Source of the DNA: Psammoneis japonica
Lineage: Eukaryota
Reading direction: 5' to 3'
Assembly: GCA_008632985.1 (NCBI GenBank)
Contig: QPGO01000019.1
Location: 1 to 64,000 of the forward strand
Length of the DNA: 64,000 nt
Shown: one piece after another, positions 49,230-62,049 of the stretch
Layout: every line of letters begins with the position of its first letter
Numbering within the stretch: the stretch's first letter is position 1
Translations under genes and position numbers: made by a program
The notes under the pieces: model-generated
What the model was told of the DNA's origin: nothing
The model's input: the letters and a program-made list of their open reading frames with translations, nothing else
Database searches by the model: none

Positions 49230-50990
49230 CAAGTCACTGTGCCGATTGCTGTCTTCAAGCAACTGCATTGCCAAAGGCACTTTGATGAGGACGGGGACAG
49301 TCCTGCACTGTTTCTGCTGGAGTCACGCTGCGGGCACATTTCTCTGGCATTCCACCAAATTCTCTGGAGATGCACTCTGTAAGAGGGAAAAACGCATCTC
49401 CCAAGGATCACATGCTGCTGAGGTTTAGGAATGGTTGATTTTCATCAAATGTGATGATGTCAGAGATTTGACAGGAAACACCAGCTGCACAGCTCCTGGA
49501 GATGTGCCCATGGAGCAGCACCACTTTTTGTGAATGGCATGCAGAGCAAAGAAGAGCCACTCTCTTGGTTGTCATCTGACATTCAAGAGTCTCTGACATT
49601 TGACAAGAATGCCTTCCTTGCCTGTCACTTTGCAATGCCACACAGGGAGCAACCAACATTGACTTTTCTTTCCAAGATGTCCCCTCAGCACCAGATGGAG
49701 AAAAGTCAGCAAAACTGAGAGCTCAAGTTTCTTGCCAGAGCTTTGTGATGAGCATGGCGGTGTAACTTTGTCAGGGGTGTGGCACATTCCCGAACATGTC
49801 AAAATGATGCTGGAACAATGAGCTCCTCTCTCAGCAAGTTTCGCCACAGTTCTGTTGCTCTGCACCATTGCTAAAAAAATGAGCACTTTTGTGGTCATTG
49901 CACCAACCCAAATGTCATTGCCCAGCCAACTGCTGATGACATCAGTGCATCTGCACTTCCCACCAAACAAGCTTCATTTGATTTGAGAAGACCTGTCAGC
50001 TGTCAACTTGTCAGCAGCAAAAAAACTTCTTGGAGCTGCAGCAGCACAAAAAATCAACCCCAGGACATTTGTTTGGCATTGGGCAACTGAGCTCTGCACC
50101 CACATTGATCCAACAAATGCCACAACAAACTTCTTTTGTGTGCGCTCCTGGAATGGCCTCAAAGAAAGCTTTCAGCCAGGTTGGCACAGTGCCAGCATGG
50201 TCAAATGTGGAGAGCTGACAAAGTCAAAGCAGAGATTTGCAAGATGGGGTGCAAGAAGCTGTGTGGCACCTCTGCACAAATGCCAAAACTGGCTCCCATG
50301 CCAACAAGCAAGATTGGTGCATGATGTTGGTCTGAGCCACATCTGCACATTCCAAAAAACACCAAGAAAACTGTGGTGCATTCAAAACGCTCTCAGAGAA
50401 AAATGTCGTGCTGCAAGAACAGCAGTTTGGGCAGCACAAAGGATGCACCAGAGAAGCTCTCTTTGCATCATCCAGCTGTGTGTCTCAGCAACAACAACAG
50501 CAAAAAAGGAGACGTGCCCCCCCCCCCTTTTGTGTGTGCCGCCAGCAGCACGGCAACAGCAAGCGCAATGATCTTCAGCCTTTTTTCCACCAGTGCATGC
50601 ATTCAGGCTTGTCTGATTCAAACAATGGCTTTGTGTCCCCCCCCCCCTCTGAAATGTTTTGGCCAAAAAAACACTCACTGGTTGGCGGCAACACAAACTG
50701 CGAGCGGAGGAGCGCACATCATCACAAAAAAGAGCGTGCTTTCACAAGCTTCTTGTGAGACTTTGGGGTTGCCAAACAACACAACAGCATCAAAATGACA
50801 TGCCAAACAACAAAACATGCACACAATGACCAGAGGCACAATGTGTGGTGCCTGAATGTCTCTTGCTGGCTGCTTCTCTCTCTCTTCACCCACACAAAAA
50901 GCTTCTTGTGCTTGTTCCGCTGCATCCACCACCAAAAGAACACACCAGAGTGGGAGTGTCAGCAGCAAGAACACACAATCAAGAAAACTT
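49230..50990. other. Decayed TpA/CpG-depleted island (probable TE relic)
   Basis: About 4 TA seen in ~1.75 kb; no recognisable protein. Confidence 0.7.
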
Positions 50991-51445
50991 TTGTACCTCT
51001 TTGAGCCATCAAACCCAAAGGGGTTCAGTGTCATGGATGAAACATCCGCATTCGGATGGCGACCTCCATAAAAAGAAACTGCCAGTCCGTCCGTCCAACC
51101 GGAAGTGCGCGAAAGGAAGACACTGCTTGAGTATAATTCTACATGCACAAATCCCAACAGACTTCTTAGTACAAACATTTTTAGTACCATAATATGTAGA
51201 AATGTACGTAACCATTCGACGAAGGCCGGCGAAGGTCGTCGGCGCGGCGGTTGGCTTTTTTGTACAGCACGTAGAATTTGTACGGACGAAAACGCGATTG
51301 CAAAAAAAACGGTAACTTGAGTGTTTGAACCACGTGCTGGTAGAAACCCACGTGGTTTGTACAACCACGTCGCTCGTCGTGTCGCGATTGGCAACGACCA
51401 CATTCACACACACAACAACAACCACACAAAAATATTCATATAACC

Positions 51446-52984
51446 ATGTCGCTTGTATTATCACCGCTCGTCATTCCAAAACATGATGCTGCCGATTATG
51501 CAGATGATACTTCCATGATGCATTCTGTTGATTCTGTTCCATTTTTATTGGATGAAGCGAGTTTTTTCAAGAATGACGGTGAGCAGAGTAGCAATGACAA
51601 ACCAAGTAGCAGTACCGTAGCAGACGAGGAGCAACAACCTGTCCAGGATAATCACGATTCAATCGACACGATCGACATGGAAGAAGACGACGAAGCAGCT
51701 TCCCAACCACAACAACAACAACAACAAAAACCACAATATGGCGGCGGATTGGTAAATTTGGGAAATACCTGTTATATGAATGCCGCGATTCAGGCATTGG
51801 CGAGTTTGAATGGTTTGCCCGAGACGCTTGAAGCACAGCATGATGCTGACAATACGAATTCCGAGTTGACTATGGCTCTCCAAAATTTGCTACAGTCTCT
51901 CCAGAACAATACAACGACGAATCCTAGTGATTTCAAGCAATTGATGGATAGCAAAACATCACTCTTTGCGGGATATCGGCAACAGGATTCACACGAATTC
52001 ATCACCACATTGATTGATTTGCTCGATGAAGAGTACAAACAGAGTATACAATCTTGTACTACTACGGAAGATGATGATATGGACTGTACTGCGGACGAGG
52101 AGGAGACTACAACAGCAGCAGAAGCATTGTCATCATCATCACCACCACCGTCACCTCCTCGTATTGAATCGTTTTCACGATTGCAGGTGGATGAGATTGG
52201 GCAGTTGCTTCACGGTACTACGCGGAAACGAGGCTCTCTTTCCGAGAGCGCTGCTGCACAACCTATTGTAGCTACACCGCAATGCAAGTTGGTGGGTGGT
52301 CAACAACAACATGTAATGCACGACTCCTCCGCGTGCCACTTGTTGCAACATGCGACCTTGTCTGAACAAGAGCAAGAAGACACGACTGAAACCACCACGA
52401 CGGAGGAGGACCGCAAGAATGACGACGATACCGATACCCCGTCCAGTACTACACCCATGGACGACCTCTTTACAACACGCATCAAGGTTTCCTTGCGTTG
52501 CGACTCGTGCAATTATACTCGTCACTCGATCGAAACACACCGTCACCTTTCCTTGGATATTGACAATGGTGATGGTTGTACTAGTAATGTGGAAGAGGCG
52601 ATTCAAAAATTTATCGCTCCACAATCACTTGAAATCAAGTGCGAAGAATGTTTTGCCGAACGTGCGACACAAACCAGTGAAATTCTATCTTTTCCAAAAG
52701 CACTCTTGTTGCATTTTAAGCGTTTTATTCTTCAAAAAGGAACATGGCGTTATGTCAAGAATGCTGCTCGTGTCGACTTTGACGAGTCTCTGCAGTTAGA
52801 GTCACTACAAAATTACAATCTAAAGGCGGTTGTGCATCATGTGGGTTCATCGGTGCATTGCGGACACTACACAACCGATGCCTTGCGACAAGGAGAATGG
52901 AAACGATTCAATGACAATTATATAAGTGACACCAAGGACGTTTCCAAAACAACAGCCTACATGGTCTTGTATGAGCGAGTATAA
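51446..52984 (+). CDS. Ubiquitin-specific protease (peptidase C19)
   Basis: Cys box GLVNLGNTCYMNA, QQDSHEF, LLLHFKRF, His box HVGSSVHCGHY, FND. Confidence 0.95.
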   Translation: MSLVLSPLVIPKHDAADYADDTSMMHSVDSVPFLLDEASFFKNDGEQSSNDKPSSSTVADEEQQPVQDNHDSIDTIDMEEDDEAASQPQQQQQQKPQYGGGLVNLGNTCYMNAAIQALASLNGLPETLEAQHDADNTNSELTMALQNLLQSLQNNTTTNPSDFKQLMDSKTSLFAGYRQQDSHEFITTLIDLLDEEYKQSIQSCTTTEDDDMDCTADEEETTTAAEALSSSSPPPSPPRIESFSRLQVDEIGQLLHGTTRKRGSLSESAAAQPIVATPQCKLVGGQQQHVMHDSSACHLLQHATLSEQEQEDTTETTTTEEDRKNDDDTDTPSSTTPMDDLFTTRIKVSLRCDSCNYTRHSIETHRHLSLDIDNGDGCTSNVEEAIQKFIAPQSLEIKCEECFAERATQTSEILSFPKALLLHFKRFILQKGTWRYVKNAARVDFDESLQLESLQNYNLKAVVHHVGSSVHCGHYTTDALRQGEWKRFNDNYISDTKDVSKTTAYMVLYERV

Positions 52985-53275
52985 TGGAAAAAGAGACTAG
53001 TATTAAAATATAGTTTGGGATCGAATGAAACTCTATTGCGCTTCGGCATCTAGTAGAACTACAATATCCAAATTAGAGCTACTCTACTGCTTCGTACGAG
53101 CTACTATGTACTCTAGGCACCACATGGGATATCTCTCCAATTTGTCGCCTCTTTTTGGTGAGACAACGAGTAGTACTTGGAGATTCGAGCTATGTAGCGT
53201 CCGAAGGAAACATGCGGCACAGTGTAGACAGACCGATTGTTTGCCACCACATGGGGAGTAGAGTCCCGACTACGC

Positions 53276-56200
53276 CTACTTGGCGAACGCACGTGGAGGC
53301 ACGGGTGTGCATTTTGTCGCCATCATGTACCCGACAATGGCTGGTTGCTTCTGGTCCTTTATGGAATCCTCCTTGGCTGCGTTACACAAGGCGTCAACCA
53401 AGTCTGCTGGTGGATAATCGTGTTGCTGGGAGGAGGATAGATAGGCATCCACGTCAAATGACGACGTGGGCACCAGAGCACCTCGAGACAACAACAGACT
53501 TGCGGTTTCAAAAAAGCCGCGATTCAGGGCTAGCAACAGAGGCGATGCAGGACCTCGTCGGTTTTTCATGTGAACAACGTCACCGGGATTGGCACATGCT
53601 CCTGCATCGAGAAGCGCCTCCACCGCACGAGTCCAACCACCACCGGCTGCATACCAGAGAGGTGTGCATCCGTGGACTTCTCCCTGGTCAATGACACAAC
53701 GTCCACTGTCCAAAAGGGTTTTCAAAATTGATAGGCGAATGGATTCTTCTTCAGTCGCGACATCATCTCTTACATGATCCGCATCGTTCGAATGCTTGCG
53801 TGACTTCTTGGATTTTCCATAAGATCCAAAGTATGCGGCTTCATGCAATGGACTTCCGTAATCATTCTCGACTATGCTAGGGTCTGCACCGGATTCTACC
53901 AAGGCTGTTACGATTGACAAATGGCCATTCCATACGGCTTCGTGTAAGGGAGATCTCCGGTGTGACGATTCACCCCAATGCAATGTTTCTTCTCCCCCAG
54001 GTGCAAGTACCAAGGCTTTAACAGTATCAGCATTGACACGCCCATACTTTGCTGCATAGTAGAGCGGGGTACAACCCCAGCGGTCGGCAAGCTCAACGGA
54101 AGCACCGTGCTGCAACAAGAGCTTGATGACATCGTCGTAGCCTTCTTCAGCCGCAATAGACAGCGGGGTCCGCCCCGTATCTGTTTGACACGCATTAATG
54201 AGTGACGTTTCCTCGCCATTATCAAAGAGATCCATTGCGTCCAATAGACACTTGACCGTGGATAGAGACCCTTTGCTGGCGGCGCACAACAAGGCCGTTC
54301 GTCCACTACGTGTTCGCGCAGACACGTCGGCACCGGCGCGTAACAATTCCTTTACCGTTTCAGAAAATCCTTTCCCAGCAGCAAGATGCAGGGGATGCCG
54401 CCCGCGAACATGGATATTTGGAGAAGCGTTTGCTCCAAGTAGTAACTTTACTGCTCGCACGTTGCCTGCTAAAGAAACGGAATGTAAAGCTGTCGTCCTC
54501 CCTCTATACACGCTGTCAAGGACATTTGTTCCAAGGCCGTTCAGCAAAGCCACCTGCTCTTCTCCATTCTCTTGGTTGCAGAGTGTCATGTGTATTACGA
54601 GATTTAATACATCCTCATCCTCAGCATTTGGCTTCCACCCATGCCATCCATACCAACCCAACCCTATGTCTTGGTTGTTTTCTAACCACGTCGACAGTTG
54701 GACTTGCTGTGGCCAACACCGCTGTAACAGGGAAGCAGCAAGCAGTTTGTGGCCGTACTCTTCACGACATTGGAATGAATGAGGATGCCCGCCTTGTCTC
54801 AACCACGCCCGAATACTCTCGTGACCGAGGCTGTAACGAGGCATTTTTCCTGAGCTATCCACGTCAAGTGCCCATCGAATATCACGCAAGCAAAATGAAA
54901 CCGAAGCCGGATCACAGGCTCCAGTAACAAAAACAGCATGTTCGATATCCCGCTCCGTCACTCCTCGTCTGGGCGCAGCAAGTAAAACCTCGAGCACCGG
55001 CTGCACCGCCCGGAACGACAGAGTACGCGCGTCGGTAGCAGAAGCGATGTCAGCGTCATCAAAATATCGATGAAAGAAGCTTGAGTATAGGTGATCTAAA
55101 CCACAAGGTAATGTCGGCACCTGCTTCCATTCAAGTCGACTGCTCTTAATATCCTCCAAAACTGTTTTCGCGTACAGATAGTTTCCCCTACTCTGCGTAG
55201 CAAGCGAATCCATCAAGGCGTCCTCTTGACGTACAAGGGACTCTTGCTTGCCAAGAACCTCAGCATTAACTTTGCTTTTTGACGTACCCATTGCGTCGAC
55301 AACCGAGGTAGTAGCAATGTCGTCTCTTACGGTCGAACCAAGCGATTTTTCTAGCGAGATGGGTGTGACAAAACGAATTTTCGAGGTTTCACCGGTTGAA
55401 AGATTCCGTTGCGTTAAGGTCGACATGTCAACGACAAATGTCGCTTTTCCTTTCGTGTAAACGCATACAGGCATTCCTTCATCACTGGCATATTGTATTT
55501 CATTGCTAATGGCATCATCGAATGGCAACCATTCCTCTGGTTTTGTTTCGCGTTCCCATCGATACCTCCCCGTGGCGTCTGACGCCTTCGTTGCATAGGA
55601 CGAGGCCATTGCAAAAGTCCATTCACCTTTGCCAACTGAAGCACCAAGGGGATAAGACATCTTTGTCCTCTCAATGTAGGCGGTAACAAACATTCGGATA
55701 TCATCTTGTCCACGCTGTACCGCCGATTCGCTCATTTGATCAATATCTAATTTTACCACTTGAAGTCTTGAAGCAAGTCTCTGAATCGGACCAGGGGATT
55801 CGATCATCTCTGGATGGAAGGAAACAATGAGCTTTACAAATGACGGAAGGGCACGGGTGTTGGACGTTGCTCTCTCAAGAAGATGTGCAATAGTTGCAGA
55901 ACTCGTTTGTCTTGGGCGGCGACCAAGAGAACCGGCAAGGGATTCATCCAGAGCATCTACAAGAATCGTAATCGGAGGTTCCGGTTTGCCTGGTTTGGCC
56001 TCTTGTCTCTTTTCTTGGCGTCGGGACTCAATTTCTCGAAGTGGCTGAATTATTCCTCGTAGAAGGGCGTCATCAGGATTACTCTCACAATGAGTGGTGC
56101 GCAAGGCACGAAGCATAACCGCACCTATCGAGTCACCGTCGGCTACTTCGGCCGTGGACTCAACCATGAGAGACCTGTATTCCTTGAATTTTCTTGCAAG

Positions 56201-58253
56201 CATTGCAGCAACGGATTGGACAAACAATGCAGGATTCAGTGTATCAGGATCATCCGTCCGGCAAATATGATGAGCAACCACATCGACGCCAGTAACCCGC
56301 TTTGGACGAAGTGCGAGCTCAGACATGAACGACGTCTTGCCCATTCCTCGCGATCCGACGATTCCAACCCCAAAGTATTCCTTTTCTTCCGCGAACGACG
56401 GTTGAATCAATAGCTGCCTGAACAACGCCTGTCGTACCGCGCTAAAGAGCCATTCCCGTCCCGCCCATGGATCGCTTAATCTCCTCATCAAAGAATTGAA
56501 ATCAAACGGTGAGTGTAGTTCTCTCCAACCACCACGCCATTTTGACGTGTCTTTTCTCGTAGAGCCCTCTTTTGGTCCATTCTGCAATACATCTACAATC
56601 TCACTCGGGTCCATTGCAAACGTAGAGCCGTCGCGTCGTTCAAACGCTTCGAAAGAGTGTTTGTTCATAAAGTATATCGAGCGCCGACCAGGTTTCACAT
56701 GAACTTCAATCACATTGTATATTTCGTCCTCTGCAGCAACTGTACCGCCGTCCACACCGGGCGTAGCACTATTGTCTTGCCGCGGCCGCACCGGTACAAA
56801 CTGAGTAGTGACTAGATCATCGTTTACCACCGGATCCATTTTCCGGGCAGCCTCATCTACAAGTTTTCGAACATCATCCTTGGCGGCACGTGCAAGTTTG
56901 ACACGTTCGTCAAGAGTTGTGCACCGAGTGTCGCCTTTGCCATAGATGGGCACCCTCTCAATCACGCCTTCATCACTGGCACCAAAAATCAAAACACCCC
57001 CCGAAGAGTTGAGAAAGGCATTCAAGTACACACCCACTTTTTCCTTGACCATGTCACGAGGATTCATTCCTTGTGGATGACTTGTTTGGGGATTGTTCAG
57101 CGCGCGGGCCAGAGATTTGAGCTCTCGGTTTTTTGTTTCGTCCTCGATAACTTCTCCCTCTACAAAGCATGGTTTAGAAAGAAGAATCAATTCTGGTTGC
57201 TCCGTGTATGGCGGTGAAAAGTGATAGGCACGGAAGGCCTTCTCGTCCGACGTTGGAGACTCTTGAGCAGACGTCAAGAGCGTGACTTCATTCTGCAGCA
57301 TTCGTACAAATTGGTACTCTCGAGGCGCATCTGGAAGTTGCACGGTCAGTTCCTGTCGAATCTCCGACACGGTGGCATCTTGATGAAGACGAATCATTCC
57401 CAAAACCTCCATCTCATGCTTTGGATCGTCGGTTCGCAATGCCATGGGTGGCATGCATCGGACACAAAACTCCTTCATCCACCCCGACGTTTGACGCATG
57501 GCCCGAGCCATGGGAGCCGGTACTACCACTGACATACCTTTGTCTGCACTGGTACTAACATCGCAAATACATAGCTGTGGCGAGACTGCGTGCGGAGGCA
57601 AAAAGTGCTTGGCACGATAGGCACGGGGACCGTCTTCTTGGTCACTCGTCAACGCCACAGCGTGGCCGCCCACCATGCGAAGAAGCTAAATTTTGCAGGC
57701 ACGTGCTGGTTTGAAATGGTTCTTTCTTTTTCGAGTGTCTTGCGAATATGACTGAGTTTGTCGTTGGGAGCGCATCGAATGGCCTTTAGCACCAGCTGTC
57801 TCGTGCCATCTTTGCGCAAAGTACTACCGCAAGCTCCACCAGATTGGAAGGGCCCTCCATCCCAGGAGAATCTCGAGGTTGATTCCTTGTTGCAAGAGTA
57901 GAGACAGGAGCAGCTTCTGTGGTTTCCCATGCATAATTTGTGAGAGGAGTACCCGATCCCAAGTTTGGAAAACAATCGGGACAAAGTGGGTTCTGACACA
58001 TTTTTCCTAACTGGCAACGCGACGCTTCTTGATCATGATTTTGAGGTGATGCGCTGGAATTCAAGTCGCGTTTTGATTTCCCCCTTCTCTCTTTGCTGCT
58101 GGCAGATTGATCCTTGCTGCTTTTAGGCGGCTTCTTCCTCGCTTTTTGAGTCTTCTTTCTGCCATCACGTCTACTGCCAGTCCTTGTTCGACTGCTGTCT
58201 TTGAAAGAAGTTGTGTCATCTTCCTCTTTAGAAGACCTTGCGCTAGAGCTCAT
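53276..58253 (-). CDS. NLR-like protein: N-terminal Cys motif, two repeated (ubiquitin-like?) modules, Schlafen AlbA_2 domain, TANC/NACHT-like STAND NTPase with WWE insertion, ankyrin repeats; apparent 1-bp deletions near 57815 and 57680
   Basis: ETKNRELK...AFLNSSGGVLIFGASD; GREWLF, Walker A GSRGMGKT, Walker B ILVDALDE; YRWE...WLPFD...VDMSTLTQRNLSTG..SKIR; several GxTPL/ALH ankyrin motifs. Confidence 0.85.
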
Positions 58254-58899
58254 CTTTTTCAATCAATTTCGAACTGCTATGCTGCATCCGAACCACAGTA
58301 ACCACAGTCCGTTCTGGATTCTGGAATGTTATTTAAACTCAATCCCGAAAACGCTCGTGGAAATGTTGATTTCTTCTTCTCTCTTTCTGGTTTGCTATGG
58401 CCATGTTTGATGTCTAATGGTAGTCATCTCTCATATCTCAATAGTTGGCAGGAAGAATAGTCGTCGCGTCATCGGTCATCGTGTCTTGAGCTTCGCGATT
58501 TCGGCACGCACAGGCAGGAATTTTCGACATCGATTAGACTGCTCGCCTAAACCCGAAAACGAGTTAAAAAAGACCTTAGGATGACGTACGGACGCGGAAA
58601 AACAACTACTTCTATCTACTTTCTACTAGAGAGAGCTAATGGCGCCTTGATGGCATGATGAAGAAGTAGAAGGGCTAGTTGGTAAAAAGTGTATTGACTT
58701 GCTAAACAACATCGATCAAGGGAATCATGAGCATGCGCTCCACAGCAGTGTGATTTGACCGATTCATTCGCTTGCGCGACTCGATTGCGTCGGCATGCAC
58801 GAATGACCGAACCACGACTCACGGCGAAAAAAATGACCACACTCCATCCATTCCCCCCTTTTATTTTTGGTGAACCATCAGCATTCACATCACAAAAGC

Positions 58900-59880
58900 A
58901 TGAGTAGCAACAACGACGAAGAAGCCGCGATTAAGAATCGACAGCAGCAGCAACAACAAGAGAATCTAGCCGACGCTGCGGGTTGTATTTCTTGCACGCA
59001 AGATTTGCTATGCCAATGGATTCCAGCGTTGGATATTGGTTCCGACCTTGTTATTGTCGTTCTGTCAATATGGGAATTTTCCTTTATGGATGAAACAATG
59101 TTTTTTGCAGGATTTGCAGCATTCTGGGCATCTCAGATAGTTCGGTTGTGTCACGAGAGCATGTTTACCACTTGTTGTTATGAAATGTGGCAAAGCGTAG
59201 GCTTTCTCTTTCTCAGCGAAACTTACCAGGGGCAAAATAATTCATGCTGCAATTGGATTTGTCGATTGATTGGTTCAATCATTCTTGGTCCCATTTACTT
59301 TGTGATTGCAGTCATTTTTCTTATGGTTGCAGTTACCTTTGGAGCTCTGAGCGTTTTCCTACACGCATTAGTGTTGATCTTTTTCATCCCCGATCTAATC
59401 ATATCGCTGGCCTACAATATTGAGTTCCGACAACAGAACAATTGCACCATGGTGCTGCTTTCCGGATGGTTGTTGACTATGAGACCAGGCTGGGGCGAAC
59501 ACTTCACCTCAAAAGGATTCTTGCGACGATACTACCACTTGTGTGTCAGTCTAATCTGCGGCGGTCGATGGATAGTGACAAGTTACTGGAAGTGGGCCAG
59601 GGTACATCGGCGCCAAGACTATACCAACGATTTATCGAGTGGATATTGTCAGCTTTCCCACGTTCTGGCCGTTTGCGAAGAAGTGTTGGGAAATGCAGGA
59701 GGGTGTCTCATGTCGATCAGTATCCTCATGAGCGACTGGCATGACTCTTCGGATGGCGGAATATTCAACAATCGTACACTTGCTATTTTCCAGCTGACAA
59801 TGTCTGCAATCTCAGCGTTATACGAAACCGGCACCATTCTTGGCTTGTTTGCTAAGCACAGTAGAACCCGCCAAACGTAA
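58900..59880 (+). CDS. Multi-pass membrane protein of unknown function (paralog of 42389-43365)
   Basis: Intact ORF with the same motifs as its paralog. Confidence 0.78.
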   Translation: MSSNNDEEAAIKNRQQQQQQENLADAAGCISCTQDLLCQWIPALDIGSDLVIVVLSIWEFSFMDETMFFAGFAAFWASQIVRLCHESMFTTCCYEMWQSVGFLFLSETYQGQNNSCCNWICRLIGSIILGPIYFVIAVIFLMVAVTFGALSVFLHALVLIFFIPDLIISLAYNIEFRQQNNCTMVLLSGWLLTMRPGWGEHFTSKGFLRRYYHLCVSLICGGRWIVTSYWKWARVHRRQDYTNDLSSGYCQLSHVLAVCEEVLGNAGGCLMSISILMSDWHDSSDGGIFNNRTLAIFQLTMSAISALYETGTILGLFAKHSRTRQT

Positions 59881-61015
59881 CCACAACGGGATCAAACTGT
59901 GTGAGAAATCCCAGATGACCAAGGTTGACGGCGGCAGGAGCATCAGCACATTGACTGTTCACTGCAAACAGGAAGAGTGAATCATCAGACAAGCGCTTCT
60001 TCCTACGGATAGCTAAAGCGCTACATGAACCGCCAGCAGATGGAGGATCTCCAGTTGATGGCGGCGATTGACGACGATGGCGATGAGTGCTTTACTTCGT
60101 CCGCCGACAAGGAGAACGTTGTGCCGTACTCTAGACGGTGATATCAAAGCACGGGGCGACGTACGGTACAGCATGGTGCATTTACAGGTCCCTGCTGTGA
60201 GGGGAAGCAAGAAGAGATTGGGGTTGGAAAACGAAAAGAAAATACAAAATACCATTTAGATTGGATCAAGTGACGGGTGACTTACCAACAAGGATATTAC
60301 AATACATACAACAGTATTGTGCAATGTGGTGTGACCGTGTCTGGTTTATTGCAGTTTGTACCCCTATTTTGGATCCCATAATTCAGTACTAGAGACATCA
60401 CCCAATAGTCTGCAGTGCAGTGAGTGGTCCTTGAGGCTTCGCAGCATGGATCACCGAATACACGCACCAGCTGCCTCTGCACCCTCTGGTAGTGAAGCTG
60501 GGTCTTGCAAAAAAATTGGAAGGAACTGTACATTAAGCAAGCAAGCTGAATTATGATAGCCCTGTAGCAATGTTCCGGCTCAAAAGGTTGATTCATGCAG
60601 TAAAAAGTCTTAGTATGACTTGGAACGGGTACGTACGCCAGCACGTTTCGTTGTCCGTATGGTATACCGAAGAGAAAGCAAAACAAACTGTGAGAAGATA
60701 TCCAAGAGATAAGGAAGGCATACACAATAGAAATTGCTTAGCAATACCGTTCGACTGACAAGGAAACATCAAAAGTAGCAATGGAAATGAGAGATGAGCA
60801 GAGCGAGCGAGGCGGAGTGCGTGCAGCCCACGAATTTGCGCTGTCGTCATGATGGTGTGTACGTACGACTGCGCCGATAGGAATACTTGATAATTCACTA
60901 TTTCTTTAGGCACTGCGTTCGACTGTGAGAACGGATAGTTTTCTACTGAGTCACAACGATTCTTCGTCCACATAACAATCAACTCAATAACATACCTACT
61001 GTAAAACGAATATGC

Positions 61016-61843
61016 TCATGCCATTCTCCTCTTTTTCGCGGCTGGACCAAAGGTCTCAGCCAAGATTTGTTGCATAAGATCGGCCGTTACGACTACCCCA
61101 CTTTCAGATTCGTCCATGTGCTTGGAGAATGCCTCCAACAGTTTTTCTTTGCCCTTGACGACACGGTCGGCAACATAGGCTTGCTGCGCCGCATCCAGCT
61201 GCCCAAATTCGGCTCCCTGCTTGGCGAGTGTACTTGACACGATCGAGTCTATAACAGTGCGCACTCCTTCTTCTCCATAAACCGTCGTGTCACCGCTTCC
61301 TTCGCTACGAAATGGCATTTCTAGTTCGGTTTCCAGATGCAAGAGCGTGTCGCCCAGAAACAAAACGTCTTCCTTTGATGATTCAGGAAAGCCACCCTCA
61401 GGGTATGCATCGTACTCAAGAGTACGAATGGCAAGAGCTCGAGAATCGCCTTCTGTAGAAACGACACTGCCGTCATGAGGCAACAGCGTAGCACCCCACC
61501 ACTTTGTGACAGTCTTGGACGGATCGTCATTGACAATTTCCCACTGCACCTCGAGACGATCACCAGGTTTGTACCATACGGCCGCCGCATCTAAAATAGC
61601 AGTGCCGTCGTCTCTAAGTGTCACACCAGCAGCAGTAGGCTTCTTCTCTTGAGCCGGTTGCTTTTCAGCAGCAGCAGAAAGAGCAGCAGAAGGAGGCTGT
61701 TCTGACTTTGACTGTTCTTTCTTCTCGCCGCTCGTTTTCTCCCCACTCATCTTGGAATCAACTTTTGACATCTTCGAGGATGCTACTGACTTGTCTTCCA
61801 TGGTGCGAGAGTTTACGTTGTCTTGTTCTGATGATGCACTCAT
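61016..61843 (-). CDS. Hypothetical protein with C-terminal NLS-like motif (PAAKKRR)
   Basis: ~275-aa ORF with natural amino-acid composition and normal TpA content. Confidence 0.7.
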   Translation of the reverse strand: MSASSEQDNVNSRTMEDKSVASSKMSKVDSKMSGEKTSGEKKEQSKSEQPPSAALSAAAEKQPAQEKKPTAAGVTLRDDGTAILDAAAVWYKPGDRLEVQWEIVNDDPSKTVTKWWGATLLPHDGSVVSTEGDSRALAIRTLEYDAYPEGGFPESSKEDVLFLGDTLLHLETELEMPFRSEGSGDTTVYGEEGVRTVIDSIVSSTLAKQGAEFGQLDAAQQAYVADRVVKGKEKLLEAFSKHMDESESGVVVTADLMQQILAETFGPAAKKRRMA

Positions 61844-62049
61844 GGCTTCTGTTGTTGCTTCTGACTTTTGAATCACACTCCAGAAGCCAAAAGCCAGCAG
61901 CCCCGCAACGATGCACCACGCACGCACGCGCGCACAGGCCGGAGTTTTTGGCGCGCCATGTGATCGCCACACACATGTGTAATAGAAAATCTGTGTAGAC
62001 TAATAAACAAGAACCTCCATGCCCACTTTCTAGCAGGTTTTTCTAACTG

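Noticed and set aside
51446..58253. Functional link between the USP gene and the convergent NLR-like gene
   Set aside because: Adjacency alone is not evidence in a eukaryotic genome.
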